Origin: Patescibacteria group bacterium
GTDB taxonomy: Bacteria; Patescibacteriota; UBA1384; 2-12-FULL-50-11
Length of the DNA: 64,000 nucleotides
Reading direction: 5' to 3'
Assembly (NCBI GenBank): GCA_038058635.1
Contig: JBBUAP010000001.1
Location: forward strand, 13,606-77,605
Below are positions 18,996 to 27,965 of the stretch, one piece after another (the stretch's first letter is position 1; each line of letters begins with the position of its first letter). The translations under genes and the position numbers were made by a program. The notes below the pieces were generated by a model, which worked only from the letters and a program-made list of their open reading frames with translations, searched no databases and was not told the DNA's origin.

Positions 18996-19267
18996 GATTT
19001 TACGGAAACGAATTTCTTTGTAGACCTGTTACCAGCAAAATTGATGACTTTACGCTCGGTAAATTTAACTTCGCCGTCGGCAACGGCAAAAATTGTATCA
19101 TCATTTCCAGCCATCACCCCGTCACCTAGAAAATATTTACTGCCGCGTTGACGGACGATGATCATGCCCTTTTTAACAACTTCGCCACCAAACAACTTCA
19201 CTCCCAGTCGTTTCGACTGCGAGTCTCGGTTATTCTTACTAGAACCTTTCGCTTTGGTATGGGCCAT
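18992..19267 (-). CDS. rpmA: 50S ribosomal protein L27
   Basis: [31 protein letters not shown]. Confidence 0.97.
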   Translation of the reverse strand: MAHTKAKGSSKNNRDSQSKRLGVKLFGGEVVKKGMIIVRQRGSKYFLGDGVMAGNDDTIFAVADGEVKFTERKVINFAGNRSTKKFVSVKS

Positions 19268-19369
19268 ATGTAGGGAAAATTATATCGAATTACTTGGGAA
19301 GCGTCAACGAGCTCAAAAGAAAGGCTGGCAGATCGTGCCAGCCAAGGGATGTCGTAAAGTCGTGAGGGC

Positions 19370-19624
19370 CTACATCAGACCCTCGATGTAGCTGATGAGT
19401 TCTTTGACCGTCGTCGTTCCGCTGACTTTGCCTGGATCGTCGGGAATTTCGATAGCCAGCTCATTCTCCAACTCCATCTGCATATCAACGAGATCAAGAC
19501 TATCGAGCCCGAGTTCGCCCAGCGTTGTTGCATCACTGATTTCACCGGAGAATTTTGAGCTTCGGTTGTTCTCTAAGACTTTGAGAACAGTCTCTCGTAA
19601 CTGAACACTATCGATACGTGCCAT
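19370..19624 (-). CDS. acyl carrier protein-like
   Basis: LGLDSLD phosphopantetheine motif, ELENELAIEIPD, TVKELISYI. Confidence 0.85.
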   Translation of the reverse strand: MARIDSVQLRETVLKVLENNRSSKFSGEISDATTLGELGLDSLDLVDMQMELENELAIEIPDDPGKVSGTTTVKELISYIEGLM

Positions 19625-19783
19625 AGGACTAAACCTCCAGCGCAGGTAGCGCAAGATGAAGCTTACCAATTTCCACTCGAATGGTAAACCATACAACGGA
19701 GCCCTGGTTATGCGCCCGTCAGATATTTCTTTGCGAAAAGACTATGCCTTTGAAAATTAGTACACGAATTCGCAACCGAAACT

Positions 19784-20554
19784 TTATCCAGCTCTCTCAA
19801 GTCCCGTACCCAATTTCCAAAGTGCCTCGAACTGCTGCCGGTAGGACTCGGCAATATGGCGGTTCTCAATAATAACAATAGAGGTATTATCTGGATCCAT
19901 TACTTCAAGTGCAACTTTGTGGCCGTAGATGACAATCGCCACTGGACCAATGTATTCCCCAGGAAGCTCTCGTATCGTTAATAATGGCTGGGCTTGAAAC
20001 TGACGGCTAAAATCCTGACCAGCAAAGGCAATCATCCGAAGTGAGATATTTCGCTTTGCAAAAGTTTTGGCTGCTTTTTCGTATAAAGGCCAGATTCCAT
20101 CAAGTCGCTCGAATATTTCTCCCTGGCCTCCTAGAATCAGGTACTCGTTGTCTTTCTTCAAGGTATCCAACAGATCGTTAATCAATACCCCAAACCCTTC
20201 CGCACCCTCAATAACACGAACCACGTGCGGTTGCCGCTGGTGCATGCCCTTGAGAATTGGTTGTAGTGCTTCAGCTACATAAACTTTGTCCCGAACCTCC
20301 TTTATCAACAGATCTGTATCGGTTACAGAAAAATACAAGCGCTTGTGCTTTTCGTACTTTCTTACCAGCGCGGCCTCCTCCAAGCGCTTAAGCGCTCGGT
20401 AGGCTTGCTCTCGGTGAAGCTTAACGTGCTCTAGCATCATCCCCACCGACGCCTCTCCCTGACGCAATATTTCAACATAAAGAGCAGCCTCGTGTGAGGA
20501 CAGCCCTATTTCTTCAAGTTGTTTCGTCACGTTATTGTGATTCATTTCCGCCAT
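19784..20554 (-). CDS. TrmB family transcriptional regulator
   Basis: LEEIGLSSHEAALYVEIL wHTH, YRALKRL; C-terminal PLD-like sensor ending IAESYRQQFEALW. Confidence 0.87.
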   Translation of the reverse strand: MAEMNHNNVTKQLEEIGLSSHEAALYVEILRQGEASVGMMLEHVKLHREQAYRALKRLEEAALVRKYEKHKRLYFSVTDTDLLIKEVRDKVYVAEALQPILKGMHQRQPHVVRVIEGAEGFGVLINDLLDTLKKDNEYLILGGQGEIFERLDGIWPLYEKAAKTFAKRNISLRMIAFAGQDFSRQFQAQPLLTIRELPGEYIGPVAIVIYGHKVALEVMDPDNTSIVIIENRHIAESYRQQFEALWKLGTGLERAG

Positions 20555-20574
20555 CTTTTATCTTGTCTAGAACC

Positions 20575-20650
20575 AGTTTATAACAAGCTCGTGTCAATGT
20601 CAATAGTTGTAACAACAATGTGTTGACATTCTCTACTATTCTGTTAATAT
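20575..20650. promoter_or_regulatory. divergent sigma-70 promoters with a central palindromic operator candidate
   Basis: Minus: TTGACA (20603-20598)-17-TAAACT; plus: TTGACA (20623-20628)-16-TAATAT; GTTGTAACAACAA at 20607-20619 between them. Confidence 0.65.
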
Positions 20651-20671
20651 TCGACGTAGAAAGGAGAGTAA

Positions 20672-20710
20672 ATGAATAGCCCCATAAAACCGCAGTTACC
20701 AAGCGCGTAA
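20672..20710 (+). CDS. micro-ORF MNSPIKPQLPSA, candidate YcaO precursor or leader peptide
   Basis: AAGGAG RBS at 20661-20666, ATG 20672, TAA 20708-20710; first ORF after the plus-strand promoter. Confidence 0.5.
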   Translation: MNSPIKPQLPSA

Positions 20711-20757
20711 ATAGAAACATCCAGCAGTCACCCAGGTGATTGCTGGTGCAAAAAACT

Positions 20758-22311
20758 ATGAAAAATTACTACCTCCAGCCAGGATGGGAGATTATCCCCC
20801 GTGAGTCAGGAGTTGAACTTCTGCCACTGAACGATAGCCAGAAACCTCTGTTTTTGGAGAATTGTCGTGAAGTTCCAAGTGTTGCGGGGCTTTTTGAGGC
20901 ACTCCGTTCAGGAATCAGCACCAAGTCCGTCCTTCCGGGTTATAAAAGCACCCTTTCGAAGTTGATCGATCGTAAAGTAGTTGTACTTCACGATGAGCCC
21001 ACTGCCGCCAAGAAGATTCCCGGTTACTTAGGCGCGCTTTATAATCACTGTGTTGGTCACAACGGAATCGTCCACTCGGTCTCGACAGTCACACATTGCG
21101 AGGCGATAACAATTTCGGAGGCAATTGGGTTGAGCTCCAAGCTCATCAAGTACCAACCAACCTTAAACTACGGCTGGGGAGCAGACCCGAGCGCTGTGAT
21201 GGCAAAAATAAAGGCGATCGTTGAGTGCGTGGAGAGATTTGCGCTCTCAAATTACAGTTCCGAAAACTTACGCCTGGCTACTTGGAAAGAGGTGCAAAGA
21301 CACTCACTGACCGCCCGCGAGCTAAACACCTCGCCAAATACTTTGATCAGCGCCGGGGCAATAGAATGGGGCAAGCTAGATGAGTTAAACGGCTCAGGAT
21401 CCATTTACGCGCCACTCGACTTTCTCTATCACCCAGTCGACTACTGGTCTCTTGGTCGTCTGCCGGTCTGCCCAATGAATATCTCTGGGGTTGCCGGCCA
21501 CCAAACAAAGGAGGCCGCCGCGGTCAATGCGATTCTAGAGCTTTGTGAGCACGAGGCACTTATGGTGACTTGGTTTGGCAAGCGCAAGACTTCTACGATA
21601 AAGCGCGGAAGCATGGACACGACGTCCAAGAATCTTATTGATCTTTCGGAGCGTAACGGTTGGCGGATAATCGTTAAAGATATCAGCCTCGATCTTGTGC
21701 CTGTCGTCATGGCAATTGGGCTGGGGCCGGCGGGCAAAAGGGCGCTGACCATCGGCTCGAGTGCGGCCTTTAGTTCTAAATACGCCATCAAGAAGGCCGT
21801 CCTTGAAGTAGTGCGAACCATTCTGATGGATGAATCTCGGCTGACCAAACCGTCCGAAATCGAAGAAGAAAAAGTAAACGACATATCCACCCACGCCCAG
21901 TATTACTCCGCCCACAAGCGCCTGAAGCAGGTGGAATGGTTGTGGGAGGGAAGTCGGGAAGTTGAGGCTAAAGACCTCATGACTCACGGCCGTTTCATGA
22001 ATCGTCCCTTGGGTGAAGTCGCAAAATTGTGGGAGAAAGGTGGAGATCCCGAAAGACGGGAGTTGGCCTATATAAGCGAAATTTTGGGGCAGGCTGGCCA
22101 AAGGGTTTATCTAGGTGACATAACGCCGAAATCCATAAAAGACTCTCCTTTGCCGCTGGTAGTTGTACGAGCTCTTGTGCCCGAAATGACTCGAATGGTT
22201 GTTGGCTATAACCTAAGACCCGCCCCAACAACGCGCTACCGCTCGTTGCTAAAAAGATACTGCCCGAATAAGCAGGCATCAGCCCCGGCAAAAGTCCATC
22301 CGTTTAGCTAG
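20758..22311 (+). CDS. YcaO-like family protein with N-terminal extension
   Basis: GWG..AKIKAIVECVERFA, NISGVAGH, AILELCEHEA, AIKKAVLE, VVRALVPEM, C-terminal HPFS. Confidence 0.88.
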   Translation: MKNYYLQPGWEIIPRESGVELLPLNDSQKPLFLENCREVPSVAGLFEALRSGISTKSVLPGYKSTLSKLIDRKVVVLHDEPTAAKKIPGYLGALYNHCVGHNGIVHSVSTVTHCEAITISEAIGLSSKLIKYQPTLNYGWGADPSAVMAKIKAIVECVERFALSNYSSENLRLATWKEVQRHSLTARELNTSPNTLISAGAIEWGKLDELNGSGSIYAPLDFLYHPVDYWSLGRLPVCPMNISGVAGHQTKEAAAVNAILELCEHEALMVTWFGKRKTSTIKRGSMDTTSKNLIDLSERNGWRIIVKDISLDLVPVVMAIGLGPAGKRALTIGSSAAFSSKYAIKKAVLEVVRTILMDESRLTKPSEIEEEKVNDISTHAQYYSAHKRLKQVEWLWEGSREVEAKDLMTHGRFMNRPLGEVAKLWEKGGDPERRELAYISEILGQAGQRVYLGDITPKSIKDSPLPLVVVRALVPEMTRMVVGYNLRPAPTTRYRSLLKRYCPNKQASAPAKVHPFS

Positions 22312-22336
22312 CAGTTCTTTGGACAAAAACCCCCCT

Positions 22337-22350
22337 TGTTGTTACAACAA
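22337..22350. promoter_or_regulatory. second copy of the TTGTTGTWACAACAA palindrome, just upstream of dnaE
   Basis: TTGTTGTTACAACAA; 13-bp inverted match to 20607-20619. Confidence 0.5.
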
Positions 22351-22358
22351 GTATTGCC

Positions 22359-25300
22359 ATGGCGCAGCCTAATTTTGTCCATCTTCATGTTCACTCCCAC
22401 TACTCGTTGCTTGATGGGTTGGGGAAGGTGCCGGAGTTGGTGGGACGGGCCAAGGAGCTCGGGATGCCAGCTCTAGCCATAACAGATCATGGCGTGATGT
22501 ACGGGGCGATTGATTTTTATTTGGAGTGTCAGAAGCAGGGCATCAAGCCGATTATCGGCGTCGAGGCCTATGTGGCCAGACGCAAAATGACCGACCGGAC
22601 CCCGGGCGAGGATACCAAGCCGTACCACCTTTTGCTCCTGGCTAAAAACTTCCAGGGTTACCAGAATCTGATTAAGTTGACTTCCGCCGCCCACCTAGAT
22701 GGCTACTACTACAAGCCCCGAATTGATCGTGATTTGCTCTCCCGCCATCACGAAGGCTTAATCGCCACCACCGCTTGCTTGGCCAGCGAGACTTCTCGCT
22801 TGATTGAGAACAAAGATTTTAAGGGCTTGAACCAAACCGTCGGCGAATACAGCGAAATCTTCGGTAAGGACAATTACTACCTCGAGCTTCAACACCATCC
22901 GTCTATCCCCGAACAGCAAGTGCTCAACACTCATCTCAAAAATTTGGCCGCCAAAACTGGCCTGCCACTAATTGCCACCAACGATGTTCACTATGTTAAC
23001 TCCGACGATCGGGTCGCCCACGACCAACTGATTTGTATCCAAACCGGTAAATTGGTCAGCGATACCGATCGGATGGTCTACGGCGGCGACTTCTCGCTTA
23101 AAGCCCCTCAAGAATTATTGGAAGCCTTCGGCGATGTACCCGAAGCGCTGTCCAATACCTTGAAAATTGCCGAAATGGTTGACCTTGAGATTCCGCTCGG
23201 CCAAAGTCTTTTGCCCCACTTCCAACTGCCTAAGGGCGAAACCGAAGAATCTTATCTGCGCGCTTGGTGCGAACAAGGCTTACAGAAGCGCTACGGCGAG
23301 ATTACTCTCGAAATTCGGGCCCGCCTAGATTACGAGCTGGAAACGGTCATGAAAACCGGCTTCCCGGGCTACTTCCTGATTGTGGCAGATATGATTAAAT
23401 TCGCCCGCTCCAAAGGTATCTACGTTGGCCCTGGTCGTGGCTCGGCCGCCGGCTCAATTATCGCTTTCGTCACCGGCATTACCAATGTTGATCCGCTCAA
23501 GTACGGTCTGCTTTTTGAGCGATTTCTAGACTTAAATCGCATCTCGATGCCAGATATCGATATGGATTTTGAAGACACGCGTCGCGGTGAAGTGATCGAA
23601 TATCTCAAAGAGAAGTACGGCGCTAACCATGTCGCCGGCATTATTACCTTCGGGACGATTATGGCTCGCGCCGCCATTCGGGACGTCGGTCGGGTGTTGG
23701 GTGTGCCGTACTCAAAGGTCGATGCCCTGGCTAAGCTGGTACCGCCACCCGTTCAAGGCCGTCACACCCCCTTGAAACAAATGGTTGCGGCGGCGCCGGA
23801 GCTAAAGGCAGCTTATGACAGCGATCCAGAGAACAAGCAATTAGTTGACGCCGCCACCAATCTTGAGGGAACGATTAGACACGCATCTCAACACGCCTGC
23901 GCTATTGTTATCTCGAAAGAGCCGCTCGAAAACTACGTCGCCGTCCAACCCTCGCAAGGCGGCGATGTCCACCAAATTACTCAATACTCGATGCTACCGA
24001 TTGAGAAGATAGGTTTGCTAAAAATGGATCTGCTGGGCTTGTCGAACTTGACGACGATGCATCGAGCGACCGAAATTATTGAGGCGGTTTACGGCCCTAA
24101 GATCGACATAGAGAACCTACCGCTCGACGACAAGGAGACTTTCGAGTTGCTGGCGCGGGGCGATTGTGTCGGCGTTTTTCAGCTCGAGAGCAGTGGTATG
24201 CGGCGTTATATTAAGGAACTGCGCCCGACTAAATTTGAAGACATCACGGCGATGGTTTCGCTCTATCGACCCGGCCCGATGCAATGGATTCAGAGTTTTA
24301 TCGACCGCAAGAATGGCCTAGAGGAGGTTAGATATCTCCACCCATTAGCCGAAAGTGCCCTTAAAGAAACCTACGGCATTCCCGTTTACCAGGAGCAGGT
24401 CATGCGAATGTCTAAGGATATGTGCGGTTTCACCGGCGCTGAGGCCGACACCTTGCGTAAAGCAATGGGAAAGAAGATTCCCAAGTTGATGAAGGAGATG
24501 AAGACCAAATTCATCGAAGGCGCCATAAATAACGGCGTCAGCAAGGAACAAGCGACCGACATCTTTCGTCAGCTAGAAGACTTTGCCGCTTACGCTTTTA
24601 ACAAAAGCCACGCCACATGTTATGCGCTGATCGCATTTCAAACCGCTTACTTGAAAGCCCACTACCCTGACTGTTTTATGGCGGCGGTGATGACAAGCGA
24701 CTTGGGTGATACCGACCGATTATCGATCGAGATCAGCGAATGCGAACGATTAGGTCTGACGGTTTTACCGCCTGACGTCAACGAGTCGTTCACCGACTTT
24801 GCTGTCGTGAAGGAAAAGAAGGCCGTCCGTTTTGGCTTAGGAGCGATTAAAAATGTCGGCACCATTCCTGCCCAATCGATTGTCACTGAAAGAAAGAAGA
24901 ACGGAATATTTACTGATTTGAATGATTTTATGGTTCGGAACTCCGCTCATCTCAACAAAAAAGTCCTGGAGAATATAATCAAAGCCGGGGCGCTTGACCG
25001 GTTTGAAGAGCGAGCTCGCCTAAACGCTGGAGTGGAATTGTTAGCCAAGTTTGTCAGTAACAGCGGTAAGACCGATGCCAGCCAGCTATCGATCTTCGGT
25101 GAAGGAGCAAGCAATAGCGCCGCGCCGGTACTAGAGCTACCGCAGGTCGCCACCGATAAGGCCGCTTACTTAATTTGGGAGAAAGAGCTGCTCGGACTTT
25201 ATCTGTCCGATCATCCGCTCAAACAGTTTTCGACGCTCTTGGCCGAAATTGCCACACCGATCACCGAGTTAGACATTAGTCTGTCTGGCCAGGTTGTTCG

Positions 25301-25847
25301 AGTTGGCGGGATTATTCACGCCCTAAAGAAAATTACGACCAAAAACGGCCAGACGATGGGCTTTATTGAGCTGGAAGATCTCACCGGCACCTTAGAACTA
25401 ATTGTCTTTCCGTCGCACTTCCAAGAATTAACCCACCTCTGGAAACCGGATATGATGGTCCTGATCGAAGGGAAGATCTCCGATAAAGACAATTCCGTCA
25501 AAGTCCTAGTCGATCGTGCTTGGGCCTTAAACGGGTTGAATCCGGTGAACCTGCCGAAAATAAATCAGCCAACGGCTAACGGCAATCAGCGATCAGCAAA
25601 TTATCAATCTCCGAAAGCCGACAGCCGAAAGCCGACAGCCGAAAGCTTTGTTATCGATCTCCCCAAAACGGCTACTAAAGAAACGATATCTCGATTAAAA
25701 CAGGTGCTTGAAGCTCATCCCGGTGCCCTGCCAGTTGAGCTACATATGATGCAGGGCGAGAAGCTCAAAGTGTTCCCAACCAAAGTAGCCGTCAAAACCT
25801 CACCGGAATTGAAAGAGCAGCTGAATAAAATCCTAGACAATAATTAG
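22359..25847 (+). CDS. dnaE: DNA polymerase III subunit alpha
   Basis: FVHLHVHSHYSLLDG (PHP), GRGSAAGS, MPDIDMDF, KMDLLGL, FNKSH, OB fold; no intein. Confidence 0.98.
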   Translation: MAQPNFVHLHVHSHYSLLDGLGKVPELVGRAKELGMPALAITDHGVMYGAIDFYLECQKQGIKPIIGVEAYVARRKMTDRTPGEDTKPYHLLLLAKNFQGYQNLIKLTSAAHLDGYYYKPRIDRDLLSRHHEGLIATTACLASETSRLIENKDFKGLNQTVGEYSEIFGKDNYYLELQHHPSIPEQQVLNTHLKNLAAKTGLPLIATNDVHYVNSDDRVAHDQLICIQTGKLVSDTDRMVYGGDFSLKAPQELLEAFGDVPEALSNTLKIAEMVDLEIPLGQSLLPHFQLPKGETEESYLRAWCEQGLQKRYGEITLEIRARLDYELETVMKTGFPGYFLIVADMIKFARSKGIYVGPGRGSAAGSIIAFVTGITNVDPLKYGLLFERFLDLNRISMPDIDMDFEDTRRGEVIEYLKEKYGANHVAGIITFGTIMARAAIRDVGRVLGVPYSKVDALAKLVPPPVQGRHTPLKQMVAAAPELKAAYDSDPENKQLVDAATNLEGTIRHASQHACAIVISKEPLENYVAVQPSQGGDVHQITQYSMLPIEKIGLLKMDLLGLSNLTTMHRATEIIEAVYGPKIDIENLPLDDKETFELLARGDCVGVFQLESSGMRRYIKELRPTKFEDITAMVSLYRPGPMQWIQSFIDRKNGLEEVRYLHPLAESALKETYGIPVYQEQVMRMSKDMCGFTGAEADTLRKAMGKKIPKLMKEMKTKFIEGAINNGVSKEQATDIFRQLEDFAAYAFNKSHATCYALIAFQTAYLKAHYPDCFMAAVMTSDLGDTDRLSIEISECERLGLTVLPPDVNESFTDFAVVKEKKAVRFGLGAIKNVGTIPAQSIVTERKKNGIFTDLNDFMVRNSAHLNKKVLENIIKAGALDRFEERARLNAGVELLAKFVSNSGKTDASQLSIFGEGASNSAAPVLELPQVATDKAAYLIWEKELLGLYLSDHPLKQFSTLLAEIATPITELDISLSGQVVRVGGIIHALKKITTKNGQTMGFIELEDLTGTLELIVFPSHFQELTHLWKPDMMVLIEGKISDKDNSVKVLVDRAWALNGLNPVNLPKINQPTANGNQRSANYQSPKADSRKPTAESFVIDLPKTATKETISRLKQVLEAHPGALPVELHMMQGEKLKVFPTKVAVKTSPELKEQLNKILDNN

Positions 25848-25849
25848 CC

Positions 25850-26374
25850 CTAGACTTGTCTCGGGCTTCTTTCTGGCTGGAGGCTTTGTTTTTGGATTTG
25901 GACGATCGCCTGCTGGACATCGTAGGGGCTGGTGACATCTTCGAGATCGATTTTTGAGTCGTCAGAAGCGGTCTTAATGACCACGGTGCCAAAGTTGAGC
26001 ATTGTTCGAATCGGGCCCTTGATCTCCGTCGAAATCTCTTGGATCCGGTGAATCTCGGCTTCGGAAATGACTCGGCCGAACAGACTGACTTGATCAATCT
26101 TGATCACGCGTTGGTTGGTGACGATGTAGTCGCAGCCGTTCCACATGAACCAAAAGTAAAAGCTGTAAAGTGCGCCGATTATTATGGTTGCGACAATGAC
26201 AATAGAGGTTATTTTCGACGCTCCAAAACCGAGCAAGGCGACAGCGACAACCGCAATAATCACTAGCCAGACTAGCAGGATAGGCATCAATAGCCAGACA
26301 TGTTGTTTGGTCACTAACGCCACCGTTTCATCGGAGCGCTGACCACGGAAAGAGTAGCTTTCGTTATTCGTCAT
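25850..26374 (-). CDS. membrane protein with bacterial PH domain
   Basis: Two TMs then YIVTNQRVI..IQEI..NFGTVVIKTA. Confidence 0.78.
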   Translation of the reverse strand: MTNNESYSFRGQRSDETVALVTKQHVWLLMPILLVWLVIIAVVAVALLGFGASKITSIVIVATIIIGALYSFYFWFMWNGCDYIVTNQRVIKIDQVSLFGRVISEAEIHRIQEISTEIKGPIRTMLNFGTVVIKTASDDSKIDLEDVTSPYDVQQAIVQIQKQSLQPERSPRQV

Positions 26375-26385
26375 TCTTAACTCTT

Positions 26386-27426
26386 CTATATCTTCGTCTT
26401 TCCTCGGGTCTGGGGCAAGATGAACAGGGCCATGATTACCATCGTCGCCAGAACAGCCCAAAACTTGCCAGTTGTTTGAGTGTTGAGAGCGATCAGGCCA
26501 AAAATCAGACTAATGGCGTAAAAGACAAGCAGGATTGTTTTCTTGCCATATCCTCGGTCTAGCAAGCGGTGCGATAGATGACGACGGTCGGCCAGAAACG
26601 GTGACTGATGATGGATGATTCGACTGACAAATACTACCAAGGCGTCCAAAAAAGGGATCGCTAAAACCAGAAAAACCGTCGCGACTTTTCCACCAGAAAT
26701 TATCGCTAAGACCCCAATCAAGAATCCGAGAAACATCGAGCCAGTATCGCCTAAGAACACTTTCCCTCTTAAGTTATAGAACAGGAAACCGACTGTGGCG
26801 CCGAAACCGATTATCGCTAACATAGCGTTAGAGGGCTGGCTAACGACGCTACTTATCGATAGCAAGAATAAGATCATTAACGTTATTGAGCTAACTCCTC
26901 CGGCAACACCGTCAATACTATCAAGCCAGTTAATAACATTGCTGATCACCACCAACCAAACGATGACGAGAATTGATGAGTAGCTGCCGATGATTATCTG
27001 CTGGCCAAACGGATTTGATAGGGTCGGAATTAAGATCCCAAAGCTAGTAATAATAATGGCGGCGACAACCTGGCTCACCAACTTGGTCTGCCAAGAGAGC
27101 CCTTTAAAGTCGTCGAAGATATTGATGATAGTAAGCCAAATAACAGCCAGTAAAAACCCTGCTAAATTACGATCAATTCCTAGTATCGTTGTATTACCGA
27201 AGTTGAGTTGATCAACCGAGACTATCAGAATCACTCCGGCTGTAATTAGGAAGGCGACGACAATGCCAATCCCACCAGTCCGTGGCGTCGGTTGGGTGTG
27301 CTGGTCGCGCGGTCGTATCGCCGGCACGAACCAACCTTTTTTGTGGCAGAGTTTAATCAACCAGCCGTTGATGGTAACCGAGAGAATCAACGACATCAAG
27401 CCAAAAAGCCAGTAGGCTCCGGCCAT
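26386..27426 (-). CDS. MraY/WecA/TagO family glycosyl-1-phosphate transferase
   Basis: PTPRTGG, DD, NWLDSIDG, FLGDTGS, DRRHLSH; multi-TM. Confidence 0.9.
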   Translation of the reverse strand: MAGAYWLFGLMSLILSVTINGWLIKLCHKKGWFVPAIRPRDQHTQPTPRTGGIGIVVAFLITAGVILIVSVDQLNFGNTTILGIDRNLAGFLLAVIWLTIINIFDDFKGLSWQTKLVSQVVAAIIITSFGILIPTLSNPFGQQIIIGSYSSILVIVWLVVISNVINWLDSIDGVAGGVSSITLMILFLLSISSVVSQPSNAMLAIIGFGATVGFLFYNLRGKVFLGDTGSMFLGFLIGVLAIISGGKVATVFLVLAIPFLDALVVFVSRIIHHQSPFLADRRHLSHRLLDRGYGKKTILLVFYAISLIFGLIALNTQTTGKFWAVLATMVIMALFILPQTRGKTKI

Positions 27427-27428
27427 AC

Positions 27429-27941
27429 TTACCAGGTGTTAGACTGATGGACGGTTTGATAATCAACCAGCTCGTCAGGCGTAAACCAGAGAGCGATCTC
27501 ACGCTCGGGGTGTTCGTCGGGGTCGGAAGCGTGGACGAGGTTACGGACGGCTCGGTCGGACTCGTTGGCGTGTTGGCGGGTAACATGGGCAAACATACCG
27601 CGGATGGTGCCAAATTCTGATTCGTTCGGATAAGTCGATCCAGCCAGTCGCTTAACATACTCAATCGCCTTAACACCCTCGACCACCATCGCGACAACAG
27701 GACCGGACAGAAGAAAATCGATCATCTGGGCTTGAATTTTATCACCTTCAAGTCCCCGTTTGTTTAGCCTCTCGCCCAAACCGTCGTAATGATTATCGGC
27801 CAGTTGCTTGTCGGCGGTGGTCATTTTCAAGCCGATAATCTTCAGGCCGCGCTCTTCCAGCTGAGTGATGATTTTACCGACTACACCGCGCTCAACACCG
27901 TCGGGCTTGACCAGGAAAAGGGTTCGTTCAATATGTGACAT
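27429..27941 (-). CDS. ndk: nucleoside-diphosphate kinase
   Basis: ERTLFLVKPDGV, SGPVVAMV, GTIRG, NLVHASD, EIALWF. Confidence 0.96.
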   Translation of the reverse strand: MSHIERTLFLVKPDGVERGVVGKIITQLEERGLKIIGLKMTTADKQLADNHYDGLGERLNKRGLEGDKIQAQMIDFLLSGPVVAMVVEGVKAIEYVKRLAGSTYPNESEFGTIRGMFAHVTRQHANESDRAVRNLVHASDPDEHPEREIALWFTPDELVDYQTVHQSNTW

Positions 27942-27965
27942 GATTGTATTTTAGCTAATCTGACC

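Noticed and set aside
22359-25847. Intein in DnaE
   Set aside because: Length and motif order are normal; no C...HN splice motifs seen
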